The notes: generated by a model from the sequence alone, not told the origin. A stretch of DNA of 64,000 nt from Cetorhinus maximus (GCF_964194155.1 NC_135887.1:3658001-3722000), one strand, 5' to 3'. Counted from the first letter of the stretch, positions 1 to 13,211 are shown. A program made the numbers and translations.

Positions 1-953
1 AATGTTTGATTGGAGTTCCAAAGGGATCAATGTTGGGACCTTTTCTGTTACTGATATATACATTAATGACCTAGACTATAATGTTCAGGGCATGATTTCA
101 AAATGTGCAGATGATATGAAGATTGGAAACGTTGTCAACTGTGATGTGGATATTCTTGAACTTCAAAAGGACATAGACATGTTGGTGGATTGGGCAGACA
201 AGTGGCAGATGAAGTTCAATGCAGAGTAGTGGGGAGACAGTGTAAAACAAAGGGAGGTGCAGGAACAGAGGGATGTCAGTATATATGTACATAAGTCATT
301 GAAGATGGCAGGACATGTTGAGAGAGCAACTAATAAAGCTTATAGTATTTTAGGCTTTATTAACAGGGGTCATTGAGTACATGTTGAACTTGTATAAGAC
401 ACTAGTTAGGCCTCATCTGAAATATGGCATCCATGCCACACTTGAGGAAGGATATGAAGGCATTGGAGTTAGTACAGAGGAGATTCACAGGAATGATTCC
501 AGGCATAAAGAATTTTATCTATGAGGATAGATTGGAGAGGATGGGGCCATTTTCCTTGGGAAAAAGAAGGCTAAGAGAAAACTTAATAGAGGTATTCAAG
601 ATCCTGAAGGGAATGGACAGGGTTATTAGTGAGAAACTGTTCCCACTCAAGAGAGCATCAAGAACTAGAGGGCATAGATTCCAAATAATTGGCAAAAGGC
701 GTAAAAGTGATGTGAAGAAAAATTTCTTCACCCAGAGGGTGGCTGGATCCTGGAATGAACTTCCTGAGAGAGTGGTGGAGGCAAGGTCGATCAAGGTATT
801 CAAAAGGGAATTGGATTGCTATCTCAAAAGAAAGAATGTGTAAGGTTACGGGGATAAGGAGAGGGAGTGGGAGAATGTTCTTTCAGAGAGCCAATGCAGA
901 CTCGATGGGTCAAACGGCCTCCTTCTGCACTGTAAAGATTCTGTGATTCTGTG
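1..953 (+). mobile_element. CR1-clade LINE, 3' fragment (RT C-terminus and 3' UTR), degenerate
   Basis: ORFs 2..229 (YINDLD..SKCADDMKI..WQMKFN) and 424..843 (LELVQRRFT..RTRGH..FFTQRV..WN.LP) are CR1 ORF2 motifs; ends in ATTCTGTG x2 at 938-953. Confidence 0.9.
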
Positions 954-1470
954 CGTTAGGGTATTTAGAAAGAGTAATTATTATACTTTCATATTTCATA
1001 CTGTCTGTTAATAAGCTTTGCCTTTCTATTTTACAATACTGGTATTATAATAAACTAACAATGTTGTTGTTTATTGAAGAAACCTGGTCATTGAGTGGTC
1101 ATTCTGGGATTAATAGGTGAAGTACATATCTGACTGTATAGCTAGCTGGAATATCATTTAAATATATGTTGTGACCCTGGTGTAGTGGGAATACAGACAG
1201 TCAGTGCACTCCTCCCGTCTTGGCCAAAGCAGCAGTGTCAACCTAGTTCCTCATGAATATGGACCTATAGCTTAAAACTGTCCTTAACTTAATGTCAACT
1301 GACAATCTGAATCCATCGTTTCATAAAGATGTTTTATCGCACACATACAGTTGTTCCAATGACCTAAAACCCAATTAGAAAATTGCACAATGCTTCAATT
1401 TTTGAAACTAAAAAATGTGTCATTCTATTATCCAGAAATAGTACCAGATTCTGAAAGCATCAGGGATATT

Positions 1471-1599
1471 GGCCGGGATTTTCCAGCCCCATCAAGGGTG
1501 GGACCCACTGCGGGCGAGGTGGCACCCCAGCCAGAAGTCCATTGATTTTCGGCGGGACCGGAAAATCCTGGTGGCAGGTGGGTGCAGAAAATCCCGCCC
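1471..1599. mobile_element. Very short Harbinger-type MITE (129 bp)
   Basis: TIRs GGCCGGGATTTT / AAAATCCCGCCC; ATT on both sides (3-bp TSD). Confidence 0.8.
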
Positions 1600-1620
1600 A
1601 TTTTTTCATCTATGGCATAA

Positions 1621-3226
1621 TGTTATGCAAGTATAATAATTTTCGTAATATTTTTCTGGTTTATTGTAAAGTAGGTTTATGGGGGCCAGTATAGTTGGTT
1701 CTGCCTGTCTGATGTACTTACATTTAGAGTCAGGTAGATTGCATGCTTGGAATTATCAAAAGAAGCTAGGTGGAGAAATGTGCTCGAAATGCTAATGAGT
1801 AAACATGGATGCTGGCTTAGCATGTAAGGCATGAAGGGAATTTGCAATTTTAGAAAAGTGAAGGGATTGTTTGGATTTCAGGGGCGTTAGCCTGTTTACA
1901 ACTAGCCAGATAAGCAAGTCTAAGGAGTGTGTTTATTTTTCCCAAAGGTTGCTAACAATATTGGCAAAATGGGGAAAAATTTTCCTCCCATTGGGGGTGA
2001 AGTGCAGGAGCGGGTGTGGGCAGGCATGCCTCTGATCAGCGCCCCCAATTGGGGGCATGCCACCATTTTACGTGGGTGGGCCAATTATGGCCTGCCCAGT
2101 GTGACATCTGCCAGGAAGCGCTATGCGCTCCCTGCGCGGGCAGTGGGGGATTCCCTCAGCCAAGAGTACGCTCTTTCGTGCTAAGTGCTGCCTCAGGGAG
2201 ATCGGCGCCAAATTAAAAATTGTTAAGCAAATGATAGTAAAATTTCCCTGACATGTCCCCTCATGTGCCACTGTCACATGGTTTGGGACGTGTCCATAAC
2301 TTTTACTGAAACCTTTATTAAATATTTAAAAATCCTCATGAAACCTCACCCCGCCAGTGGATGAGGTTTGATGCTTTTCCTTAAACCCGCCAGGGCTCCC
2401 GGCCTGCCCGCCAACCTTAAGGTTGGACGGGCAGGTCCATTCATGATGTTAATTACTTTTTCAATGGTCTGAGTAAGCCGTGACAGGTCGACGGGCGCAC
2501 AGCTGATTCAGCTGCGCCTCCGCCGACCTGAACATCGAAATGATGCCGGATGAGGTCGGGAGTTCCGCCCGACATCATCCCACGTCATTTTATGTGTCGG
2601 CGAGCGGGCCCCGCATCCCGCTCACCGACCGGAAGATCCTGCCCATGAGCATTTTTATATTACGGGAAAGGTACCATTCCAAAGACATATGGAACAATCA
2701 AATGTACATATTAAAGAGAGAGAAACATATACAAAGGAGAACGAAAGGCTATGTGAGGTGAGGGCCATGTAAGATCTAGAAGGAGTGAGTGAAGCAGCCT
2801 TCAAGAAGCTCCCAACCATTTGTGCACAAGTCGGCTGTGTCCAGTCACTGAAGTTGGAGAAAGCCATTTGGAATTCCGCTGGCGGGTGGCTGGTTTTGTT
2901 TTAAATCTAAAATCCATTTTGGACTGTCGCTTTAAAGGGGGGGAGGGGAGTAACTGGAAGTCAGGTCAATTAGGAATTTCAGGGTTTGTTATAGTAGTAA
3001 ATAATTGTAGCCTTATGTATATGTGCTTGAAATATTTTATTTTGCTAATAAATATTTTAATTTGATTTTTAAAATCTCTAAAGGTCTTGGTGGACTTATT
3101 ACTTCTGAATTCAGTGCACACATCCTCATGTAATAAATGCAAGCTGCAGAGCCATTGTGATAGCGCGACCAAGATTCCCTTGTGGATTTGGTTCGCCTGG
3201 CACACATCATCTGCTACGTCATAACA
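1621..3226 (+). mobile_element. Putative solo LTR interrupted by a Harbinger MITE
   Basis: Inverted termini TGTTATG...CATAACA; 3' part resembles the reverse complement of 40973-41804; no TSD seen. Confidence 0.55.
1972..2644. mobile_element. Non-autonomous Harbinger element (MITE)
   Basis: TIRs GGGAAAAATTTTCC / GGAAGATCCTGCCC; TSD ATG; family hairpin GAAACCTCA..TGAGGTTT at about 2340. Confidence 0.9.
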
Positions 3227-4107
3227 GAAGTACATATCCCAATATGAAATTGTCACTATATTTATATTTGGTTAAGTGGAGAAAATGTGAAATATCATGA
3301 TTACTTCAACTGGCTGCTATTGAAGCTTTTATTTTAAAGACATTGGTAATATTGGCTGTCACACTTGCAAGTCTGTGTGTGTTAACAAGTTTCCGATGTG
3401 TCCCTAACACTCATTTACATGTCATTTTAGCACTTTGAATTCACACATCGTGCATTTGAATTTGTTCTTGTTTACCTACTGTGTTACTGGCTCATGCAAG
3501 TGTTAGACAGTGAGCAGGAAGAGGGCTAAGATTCAGATTCTTGGAAGCTAGGAACCTGGAAAATGTTCATGGTTTATGTTATCATTATGAGATGCTCCTT
3601 GCTATGCTTGTATCTCAACATGGCAGTCTCTCCATCAGCTGCAAGTGTTTAATTCCAGCATTATTTTATTTTACCTTGGCCCTCCTAATTACCATTCCAG
3701 CCTTATCCTAGTTAGGGAATCTTCTATTTTTTTAATTCCCCCAATAAGAGCCCATCATAGCCAAGTCAGACTATCGTTTCTTTAGATTTCCTCACTTTTG
3801 TAGTAATAATAGTCATTTTTTGTTATAATAAGGCATCTTGTGATACTGCACCTGCCAGAAGTCGGCAAACAGTACAAAGCAGTGTACTTCTGTGGAATAG
3901 TAGCTTCAGAAAAAAGCTTAGGATCATTGAACTCTTGCAATGCCTAATCCCTCAATATAATCCTCACATACCCATATACTTACAAATCCACGATGGGCCG
4001 ATTGGCCTCCTGTGCTGTAAGATTCCACGATTCGACAAAGAGAGGCAACATGGCCTATGTTTCGTACTTCCCTGTTCTTCTATGCCCAGCTTTGTCTGTT
4101 TTTTTAT

Positions 4108-4773
4108 GGGCAGAATTTGACCCTTGTCAGGCAGGGGTGAGGGCGGTCAGGAAGCCGCTCGCGATCGAGGCCAGAAGGTGGTTTCACGTTGGCTGTCCAG
4201 CATGAAACGCGAGTGGCAGCGCTCAGCATTGCCTGTGTGGGCGGGGTGGGGTGGGAGGCAGGGTGAACGCTATCTTCGCGCATGCGCACAAGTGCACACT
4301 TGAGAATCTCCCTGAGGCACGGAGCTGCCTCGGGGAGATGTAGCGTTTTCAAAAAAATGTAATTGAGTACTAAAAAATGTTATAAAACATGTCCCCTCAT
4401 GTGACTCTGTCACATGGGCAGGTACATGTTATGAATTACATTTTTAAATTTAAATTTAATTTTTATTTGCTTTAGGAAACCTCATCCCGCCCGTGGATGA
4501 GGTTTCCTAAAAAGTGCAAAGGCCGCTGAGCCTTTTCGCCTGCCCGCCAACTGTAAGGTTGGACAGGCAGCGAAAAATGTAAGTTAATTGAGACTTTAAT
4601 GGGCTTAACAGACCTTTTAATTGTCGGCGGGCACCCTGCTGATTCCCCCCGCGCGCCCACTGACCGAAATATTGCGCCACTGCGCGTTGACGTCAGGCCC
4701 AACGTCAACGTGCGTCATTTTACGCTCGAGCAGGTCGGGCATGCGCCCGCCCACCGAGGTGAAAATTTTGCCC
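4108..4773. mobile_element. Non-autonomous Harbinger element (MITE)
   Basis: TIRs GGGCAGAATTT / AAATTTTGCCC; TSD TAT; internal GGAAACCTCATCC-N7-GGATGAGGTTTCC. Confidence 0.9.
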
Positions 4774-5109
4774 TATGTGATTTTACTATCCAATAATGAA
4801 AGCAATTTATTAATATCAGGGTTACACCATCCCTGGGATCAACTTAGGACAATTTATTCCATTCTACTGTCAGATTAGACAACAGTTTACTCAGAAGATC
4901 AAATACACTTTTTTCTCCTTTTCTACGATAGGTTTACATTTTTCACCAAATGCCAAGCAAAATTTGAGAACAGAGGGATATTACTTACAATTAAGGATAT
5001 CAGCAACAAAAAATAAATACATTTTGTTGAAGGTAATGGAATTGTGGACCAGATTACCAGCGAGATCAGTGGATCAGAAAGCAGCCTGATTTATATAAAA
5101 AAACCTACT

Positions 5110-6527
5110 TGATCCACATTGAGAAATGAGATCAGTTCCAGAATCACAGTAAGGAACAGTAAGGAAGGAATGGAACAGGGAGTTACATAGACCAAAGGCT
5201 AAATGGTGTGGGAGGGGAAGGATCCAGTTGCCATTGTCCACATAGGTAAGAGCAGGAAAGAGTTTCTACTGAGAGTTGAGAAGCGAGGGTCAAAGTTAAA
5301 ACACAGAACCTCACAGGTACCAATCTCTGGATCGCTATGAGAGCCACACACAAAATGGTACAGGGACAAACAAATTGGATAGTTAAATTTATGACAGAAA
5401 GAACGATCGGGGAAGCAGGGGTTTCAATTCATTGGGCATTGGCACCATTGCTGGGGAAAGAGGAAGCTGTTCCTTGGGAGATGCTCCAGTTAAATTGGGA
5501 TGGAACCAGCGCCCTGATGAATTGAATTAATTAATGCGACAGTAGATACAACCTTAACCTAAAAGTTGGGATGGAGGGGAGGGTTCAGGAAAGGGTAAAT
5601 ACAAAGCAGTAAGAGAAGTGTCACACTTGTACTAGAGCAGGGTTGGGCAGAAATAAGCAGACTGGACTAGGAAGGGCAGATTAACAAAATCAATTAGCGA
5701 TTGAGTGACATCAGAAGGTTCTATAGCTGAATGTGCAAAGCATTCCCAACAAAATAGACAAACTTGTCGCACACTTAGAAATAAATGGTTTTGATCTAAT
5801 AGCTTTTATGGGAATGTGGATGTACAATAACCGACGTTGGGACTAAATATTCCAGGGGCAGAAATTTCCCCCTATCGGGGGGGTTGTGCGGGGGCAGGCG
5901 GGGGTGGGTGCGAACCCGATTGGCGCCCCCAATCGGGGCTGCGCCGCCATTTTACGTGGGTGGGCCAACTAAGGCCCGCCCAGCGTGACGCACACCTGGA
6001 AGTGCTGAGCACTCCCTATGCAGGCGGGCAGGGGGGGATTCCCTGAGTTGGGGGATGCGCTCTTTCGTGCACATGAGCTGGGACATGTCAATGAATGTTT
6101 CTGAAAATTTTTATTGAATTTTTAAACCCTTCATGAAACCTCATCCCGCCTGTGGATGAGGTTCCATGAAAAATGCGAAGGCCGCCTGGGCTCTGCGCCT
6201 GCCCAACAACCTTAAGGTTGGACAGGCAGCTCATTTAATTATTTCAATTAGTTTTTAACAGCCCTTAAAAGGCCTTTGACAGTTCGGCCGGCGTGCAGCC
6301 GAACTGAAAATCCAAATGACGCGCGGTGATGTCAGGATGCCAGCCAACGTCACCGCGCATCATTTTACACGTTGGCAAATGGGCCCCGCCCCCGCTCGCC
6401 CACCCGAAAATTCTACCCCAGGATACTTGAGTTTTAGAAGCGATAGAAGATCAGCAATGGTCTTATTGAATGGTGAACAGGCTTTAAGGGTCAAACAGCC
6501 TTCTCCACTCCTGGCTCTTATGCTCTA
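5110..6527 (+). mobile_element. Internally deleted CR1 LINE (ORF1 esterase remnant, start of endonuclease, 3' tail)
   Basis: DPVAIVHIG and LNWDGT ORF1-like motifs; LNIP|GYLSFRSDR endonuclease motif split by the MITE; CR1-type 3' tail at about 6450-6527. Confidence 0.7.
5856..6418. mobile_element. Non-autonomous Harbinger element inserted in a CR1 endonuclease region
   Basis: TIRs GGGCAGAAATTT / AAAATTCTACCC; TSD CAG. Confidence 0.9.
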
Positions 6528-7640
6528 ATCATTAATGGACTTCTGCCATCCATAACGCATCTATTTTTCGAGTATGGTTGTATTACTATGACCTTCCAAT
6601 AATGCTAAAAAATAACGTGAATGCAGTAAGACAGCATCAATTCAGCAAACTTTACAGTTATATAAAATGGGCCCATCTATCAAAACAAAGGAGGCCATTG
6701 TATCCTATGAACAATGAGTTGACCTTATCTTAACCTAACTTTAGAAGCCTTGAACTGGATTCAGGTTGCTCTGAAAGAGGAATCAAGCCGAAAAGAGGCG
6801 GCTTTAATGGACAACTAACCTGTTGTTAGAATTTAATAGGCTTTAAGCCCAGTTGTTCAAGTTACACTCCGAGCAAGCAGGAAAAGTAAAACGTGTTACA
6901 GCATTATCAATGACTTCAATCACAGCCCTGATATATGGGATTACAGTACACTGTTAGTCGAAAAGATCCTCAGGGAAATTAGTTTGAATGGCTTCATCCC
7001 CATGACAAATGTGTCCATAATGTGACACTAGTTGTCAGTCTCATTTGGAAAGCTCAGGAGATAGCTTGTGTGAGAAATGAAACTACCACATTGGTAGTAG
7101 CAGGGATTGTCTTTGTACATTGTTTGGGCAATACAGAGGGTGTTCTATCCTTAGTGCAACCTACACTTAGTCTCTTTCAGGGAACGTGATGCTGACATTT
7201 TGGTCCAAATGGCAGAAAATCTTTAATTCCTCACCGAGAACATCCTGTCGTTGAGCGCAATGTGTGTGCAGACTTGGAATGCAAACGTATGAAAATCTTG
7301 ATTAGAATTTATAACATTCATTGCAAATCTGGTACTGCAGGGGAGCTGGTGCTATTTACGACATCAAGCTGATTTATTGCAGTTTAAGGTTGGAACAACA
7401 GAATTTTATATGTGAAGTGGGGCAGATGTATTACACAATTCAATAGCAGAGGAAAAGTAAAGGAGCATAAACAGGTTAACAATCCTAAACTCTAACTGGG
7501 ATCAGCTAATCTACTAACACAATTGGGACAAAATTCCTTTAATAATGTGGAAAGACACTGTCCTTGGGGGAAAGGAAACTGATCTGGTAAATATTCTTGC
7601 AATGGATTTCTGACAACATATTAATTAATTTGAGGTTAAT

Positions 7641-9670
7641 TCAAAGCTTTTCCTCTTGCACTCAGCAGGACAATCGCAAGAATACCAATGTCAGGGGAAG
7701 CAATAACTTTATACAGCATAAGGAGAGTGCTGATTGGTTAGCAAGTGGACTCTGATTGATAGAGGAGTTGCCATGGAGAATGCACCAGTTAATGGTGACT
7801 GACAGTTAACTGCCAAGCATTGTTTGAAATTTTAAACCTGTCTGATTAGTCAAGGCATTGCCCTGAGGAATGAACCAATGAATGGCTATCAATTATTTTG
7901 TTTAGCTGAAACAGGCATAATGTGTGTACATGTTCTTTCTGTCTGCAAAGATCAGGGCCCTGTGTATTAATATATGCAGCTTCCAGTACATGTAAATGCA
8001 CCACATTGCGAGCCCAACTGACAATTTTAAATTGGTTGTCAGCGTAATTCTTAGCGCACTCAGGATTATTTAGTAAATGTTGTCCAATTGTGGATTGACA
8101 TCCAATGTTGAGATTTGAAAGCACGGGCTGCTTGGGTATGGTCTGTACCTTGCCTGTTGCAAACAGTGGCTGGGACATGCTGTGTGCTCCGATCGGCCAG
8201 TCTTTGGGAGGTACAGTCTACATACCTAACATCACACTGGCACTGAAATTCATTTCCACGTTACTCATTTGTGTGATAGGCAGAATGTCTTCTTGGCTTG
8301 ATGGCAGCACCCTGTGAGTGGCAACTACCAATCGTGTTGCTACTGCATAGTAGCAGTGTGAAACAACTAGCTTCACCCGTTGCTCAAATTTTTGAGATAC
8401 CTTGCCCTTCCAGGGTAATCTGAGGTAGACTGGGCACTTTTCAGGGCCGAAAGTGACGGCCTTAGGCCCGTTTGTGAGCTTGTGTGATGATACAGCACAA
8501 GATGGTCTGATCAGGGTAGCCATTATCCCGCAGGATGCCTTTGATGCACCTATTTCAGCATCAAGCTTTCATGGTGAGCAAATGGCCCAGGCCCTATTTA
8601 CGAGGTTGCCGATAAGACCAATCTTATAGCTTATGGAACTGTAAGAATATGAACTCATGTATTGACCAGTGAAGGTAGGCTTGCGTTAGACCATGGTAGA
8701 GAATCCCCTGGCAGATTTCTCAACTAGCACATCAAGGAAGGGGAGTTCATTTGATTGCTCCATTTCAAAGGTGAATTTGAGCGCAGGATGGAGCCTATTA
8801 AGCCATGCAAGGAAATTATTACATGCTGCTACAGATTTAAATATAGCAAACATATCATCCACATATCAGAAATATGCAAGTGGTGAGAGGTCAGGTGTCA
8901 TTCCATCAAAGACACGTTTCTCATGAAACCCAACAAAGATGTTTGTGAGAGCTGGGTCTAGAGGGGATCCCATGGCAACACCATCTATTTGGGCACACAT
9001 GGTGTCATTAAAACTGAACTCAACTGCACGAGTTGCCAAGTTCATAAGCTCAATGAATACTGATTCACACAATGGTGGTGGGTCTAGATTGCCAAGATAT
9101 ACTGCTGTAGCGCAAATATCTATGGCTTCCTTAAGTGGAACATTGGTGAATAGGCTAGCAATATCAAATGAGCACATGCACACAGCATTGCAATCGATAT
9201 GCAAGTCCTGTATAATCTTCACAAATGTGAAGGAATCCTTCACTGTGTTCTGGAAAACTTGGCCAAAACCGTTTATAACAACACACCCAACCATTTGACC
9301 GAAACTAGTTGTAACAATTCACAGACAGAAAGGACATGTACACACATTGTGCCTGTTTCAGTTATAGCCATTTGCTGGTTCACTCCTCAGGGCAATGCCT
9401 TGACTAATCAGAGTCAAGCTGCCTGGTTTAAAATTTGAACAATGCTTGGCAGTTAACTGTCAGTCACCATAACTGGTACATTCTCCATGGCAATGCCTCT
9501 ACCACACAGAGTCCATTTGCCAACCAATCAGCACTCTCTTCTCATGCAGTATAAAGTTATTGTTTCCCCTGACATTGGTATTCTTGTGATTGTCCTGATG
9601 AGTGCGAGACAAAAAGCTTCAACCAAATGTCTTTTTTCAACAATACTCAAGTTCTGTATGACCAAACGAC
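7641..9670 (-). mobile_element. Penelope-like retroelement (RT plus probable GIY-YIG region, 5'-truncated) with inverted pseudo-LTR
   Basis: Minus-strand ORFs with PLE RT motifs (SFDIASLFTNVP, QIDGVAMGSPL, YVDD at about 8860, LPFLDV, YLRLPW.G) and a C-terminal STIGQHL..LEAAYI segment; about 9320-9625 is an inverted copy of about 7641-7945. Confidence 0.9.
9590..9627 (+). ncRNA. Minimal hammerhead ribozyme-like core in the PLE pseudo-LTR (decayed)
   Basis: TTGTC-CTGATGA-GTGCGAGAC-(A)AAA-AGCTT-C; the sister copy at 7641-7674 (minus) reads CTGCTGA-GTGCAAGAG-GAAA-AGCTT. Confidence 0.6.
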
Positions 9671-10379
9671 TATAAATTAATTGATAAGGAAATGTCATAT
9701 AAGGTAAGATACATTATTTTCATATTGTTTGTTCGAAGTTTACACTATAAATTGAGAAACAACAGACTGAGTTTGAGGTTAGCTTAAAACTGCTATTTGA
9801 GAACTGAGGAGTGCAGGATGTACATAAGAGGGATGCCAAAAAGTATCTTCATGTTTACATTTACATTCATGAAATATAGTGAGCCTGCAGAATTATAGTT
9901 GGAAATTGGGATCCTTCAGGGGAAATGGTATGTCTAAGGAATGTTAAACATTATTAAAGATTAATTATATCACATTTTTAGATCAAATATCCATAATTTC
10001 AATAACAAAGTCAAAACTTGCTTTCTTGCTAAATGTTGGTCTAGAAACCCTGAGGTCCCTAATGCAGCGGTGAAAGTGTAACAGGGTAGAATTTATATTC
10101 ATTGATATCAAAGGAGATTGACCCCATGAAAAATCTTGAGGGCAGCTAATTTAAATAATGCCCATGAATCCCATCAGATACATTGGGTGGTGGTGGGGTG
10201 GCAAGATGATGCAGGAAGAGGACATAAACTAAGGGACGGCACGCATTTAAATCGATGAGCTGACTACTGGAAGAGGGAGTGAGATGTCTGGTGCAACAGG
10301 AGGGAAAAGGCAAACATGTAACTTCTCAAAGTTCACGAGGAAGTGTCCCTGCCACAAATTAGAGAAGGAAGGGATGAAA

Positions 10380-10527
10380 TAGTCGAATGGGCAAAGAAGA
10401 TGTCATCACAAGTAGCAGCATAGTTCACATGGAAGGACGTAGCTCTGGCTGTAGTTGGACCCCTATAACCCCGAGAACCACACTGCAGTGTCGGAGGTTT
10501 AATGACCTGATTAGGATAACAAAAGTA
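10380..10527 (+). pseudogene. Harbinger Myb/SANT-like exon 1 remnant
   Basis: PRTTLQCRRFNDLIRITK followed by a GTAAG donor, matching the other Myb copies. Confidence 0.55.
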
Positions 10528-11666
10528 AGGCCAGAAGCTTATGCCTTCTCCTGTGACGGGTTTGGTGGTAAGTGGACATTTAAATCAGGTGGGGACCCTA
10601 CCACCTTCCGTCTTCACCCCGATTAAATCCGGGGTGGGAAAACCGCTGGACAGCCTTCCCACCCTGCCAACAATTGAGACCCTTAAGTGGGAAATTAATG
10701 CCCACTTAAGGGCCTCATCCCACTGCCACTGGTATTAACTCAGCAGCAGATCCCACGCTGGTAACATGACAAGCAAACCTGTGTGGGGTTGGTTGCAGGC
10801 TTCCGGGAGTGGGGTGGCATTCAGTGCCTCATTGAGGGATCCAGCATCAGCAAAGACCCCACTTGGAGCCACCCTCCTGTCCTTGCTGACGACCTGCCTC
10901 CCCATTTCCCTGTGACCCCCACCCTGCCATCCCACTCTTGCCATCACTCACCTGTGCCTGGAATCCAACGAGAATCCAAAGGCTCAAGTGTGCGTTGCAC
11001 CTGTAGCAGCCATCACCTGCCCAGTGGCGTTGCCATTCAATAGAGCTGTTAGCTTCTGGTTAGCTGGAAGATCTCAGTGGGCAGGACTTCCTCACCCCCC
11101 CACCCGCCAGGCCCCCGTGTCATTGATCCCAGGAGTAGGTCTGCCTCTGGTCTGTTAAGTGCCTACACATGGGGCAGAATTTTATGGCTGACGCGTGGGT
11201 GGCGGAGCCCGCACGTCTGTGCTTAAAATGTCGCGCGCTAACGTCGGGCGAGCATCCCAACGTCAGCGCGCGACATCGCGATATTTAGCTGGGCGGGCGC
11301 TATGCAGTGTGACGCGCACCCACCATTAATTAAAGGCCTTGTTAAGGCCGTTAACTCAGCAATTGAAGCTGATTTTGAGGAGCCCGTGTGATCTTCGCCT
11401 CGGCGCACGGGCCCAACGGGCAGGCGGGTAACTGATTTTTTAACAAACCTCATCCACGGGCAGGATATGTGGGCTCAGTGGGGTTGTTAATGTTTTATCT
11501 GAAGTATTTAATGCAGAAAGTGTTTTAAACTTGCCTGTATGATTGTGAGCAGTTCAGATCGATTTCCAATAGTTTTCTCTGTACTTTGAAGCTTCAGCTC
11601 AGCACTCTGCAGACAGGAATCTTTATCGGGCCTGCAGCTTTCCAGAGGCCTCCATTTAGCCCGGGT

Positions 11667-12902
11667 ATGGGTTCTGACATCCCCACTGGAGGCAGCTCCT
11701 CTGAGGAGGAAGGGAGGGATAGAATAAGGAGGAGGCCAGGAGTGGACAATCAGCCTCCAGGGGAGCCACCTTTGGGAGGCCAGGCGCAGGCACAAGGGGC
11801 GCAGGGCCAAGAGGTTGTCCAAGGTGGAAGGGGCTGCAGACGGCGCCACTATCCTGCTGCCAGGGTTTACAGGCGGCAAAGCAGCTACCTCAATATGACT
11901 GAGGTGCAGTGCCGAAGGAGGCTCCGACTGTCAAGGGGGACAGTCAACTATATCTGTCAGATGATCGGCCCTGAGATCTCCCCTAACTGTGTGGGTGGAC
12001 ACCCCATGCCAGCAGCTCTGAAGGTCACAGTTGCCCTCCACTTCTATGCATCTGGCTCCTTCCAGGGCTCGGTGGGTGATCTTTGCGGTGTCTCCAAATC
12101 AGCTGTCCACACTTGTGTCAAGCAGGTTACAGACGCTCTGTTCAGACGGGCATTGACCTTCATCCACTTCCGTTGGGACCAGGCAAGTCAGGCACAGCGA
12201 GCCAGAGGCTTTGCGGCCATTGCTGGCTTCCCCCATGTCCAGGGTGCTATAGACTGTACACATGTGGCCATCAAGGCACCAGCAGGTGAGCCCGGTGCCT
12301 TCGTCAACAGGAAGGGCTTCCACTCCATGAACGTGCAGATAGTGTGTGATCACAGGATGCAGATTCTACAAGTCTGTGCAAGGTACCCAGGCAGCTCCCA
12401 TGATGCCTACATCCTCAGACACTCCCAGGTGCCGGGGCTCTTCGGTGCTCCAGCCCGGCTGGATGGTTAGCTGGTGGGTGACAAGGGCTATTACCTCAGA
12501 AGGTGGCTCATGACGCCTCTCCGCCATCCAAGAACAGAAGCTGAGCAGCGGTACAATAGGAGCCAGGGCACCACAAGGGCTGTGGTGGAGAGAGCCATCG
12601 GTCTTCTCAAAATGCGCTTCTGATGCCTGAACCGCTCAGGGGGCGCACTCCAGTACCCCCCAGATCCCATCTCTCTGATAGTGGTAGTCTGCTGCACTCT
12701 GCACAATCTTGCGCTGGAAAGGGGGGATGCAGTTGACGATGAAGACCTTGACGGCCTAGATGAGGCTGCACATGATGAATCCAGCAGTGGCTCAGAGGAT
12801 GAGGAAGCACAGGGCGATGATGAGGGGCAGCACGCTGACCCACTACTACACCAAGGAGGCAGGGACACCCGGGACAATTTAATCCAAAGAATCTTCAGCT
12901 AG
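11667..12902 (+). pseudogene. Harbinger DDE transposase (HARBI1-like family), 411 codons with two in-frame stops
   Basis: One frame from ATG 11667 to TAG 12902; motifs [48 protein letters not shown]; stops TAG 12468 and TGA 12621. Confidence 0.93.
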
Positions 12903-13211
12903 CTCCACACACATGGATCAGCAGGACCAGCATTGCCTGGCGCTTCCACACGTGGCACTTAGGTGCCACATCTTCCACCTTATCAGCTGCAACTAAGGGC
13001 TTAGTACAGAAACATCAATGTCCACTCAAGCACTCATGAGACGTCTGTGAAACCTACAATTGCAGCACAAAGGAAACACTCTCAGCCATGGTCAGAAAAG
13101 TGGACTTTATTCCCACCAAAATAAAGCACAAACATCGCTCTGACATACATAATTATATATTCCCTAATCTAGGGCCAACACAAAATCACCAGTGACAAAC
13201 CTGTTGAGTGC

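Noticed and set aside
960-1231. LTR 3' end fragment
   Set aside because: Only recalled resemblance; termini and TSD not demonstrable.
11586-12902. Domesticated host HARBI1 gene or bacterial IS5 contamination
   Set aside because: Flanked by TIRs and a TSD, has nonsense codons, has related copies in the window, and is embedded in vertebrate repeats.
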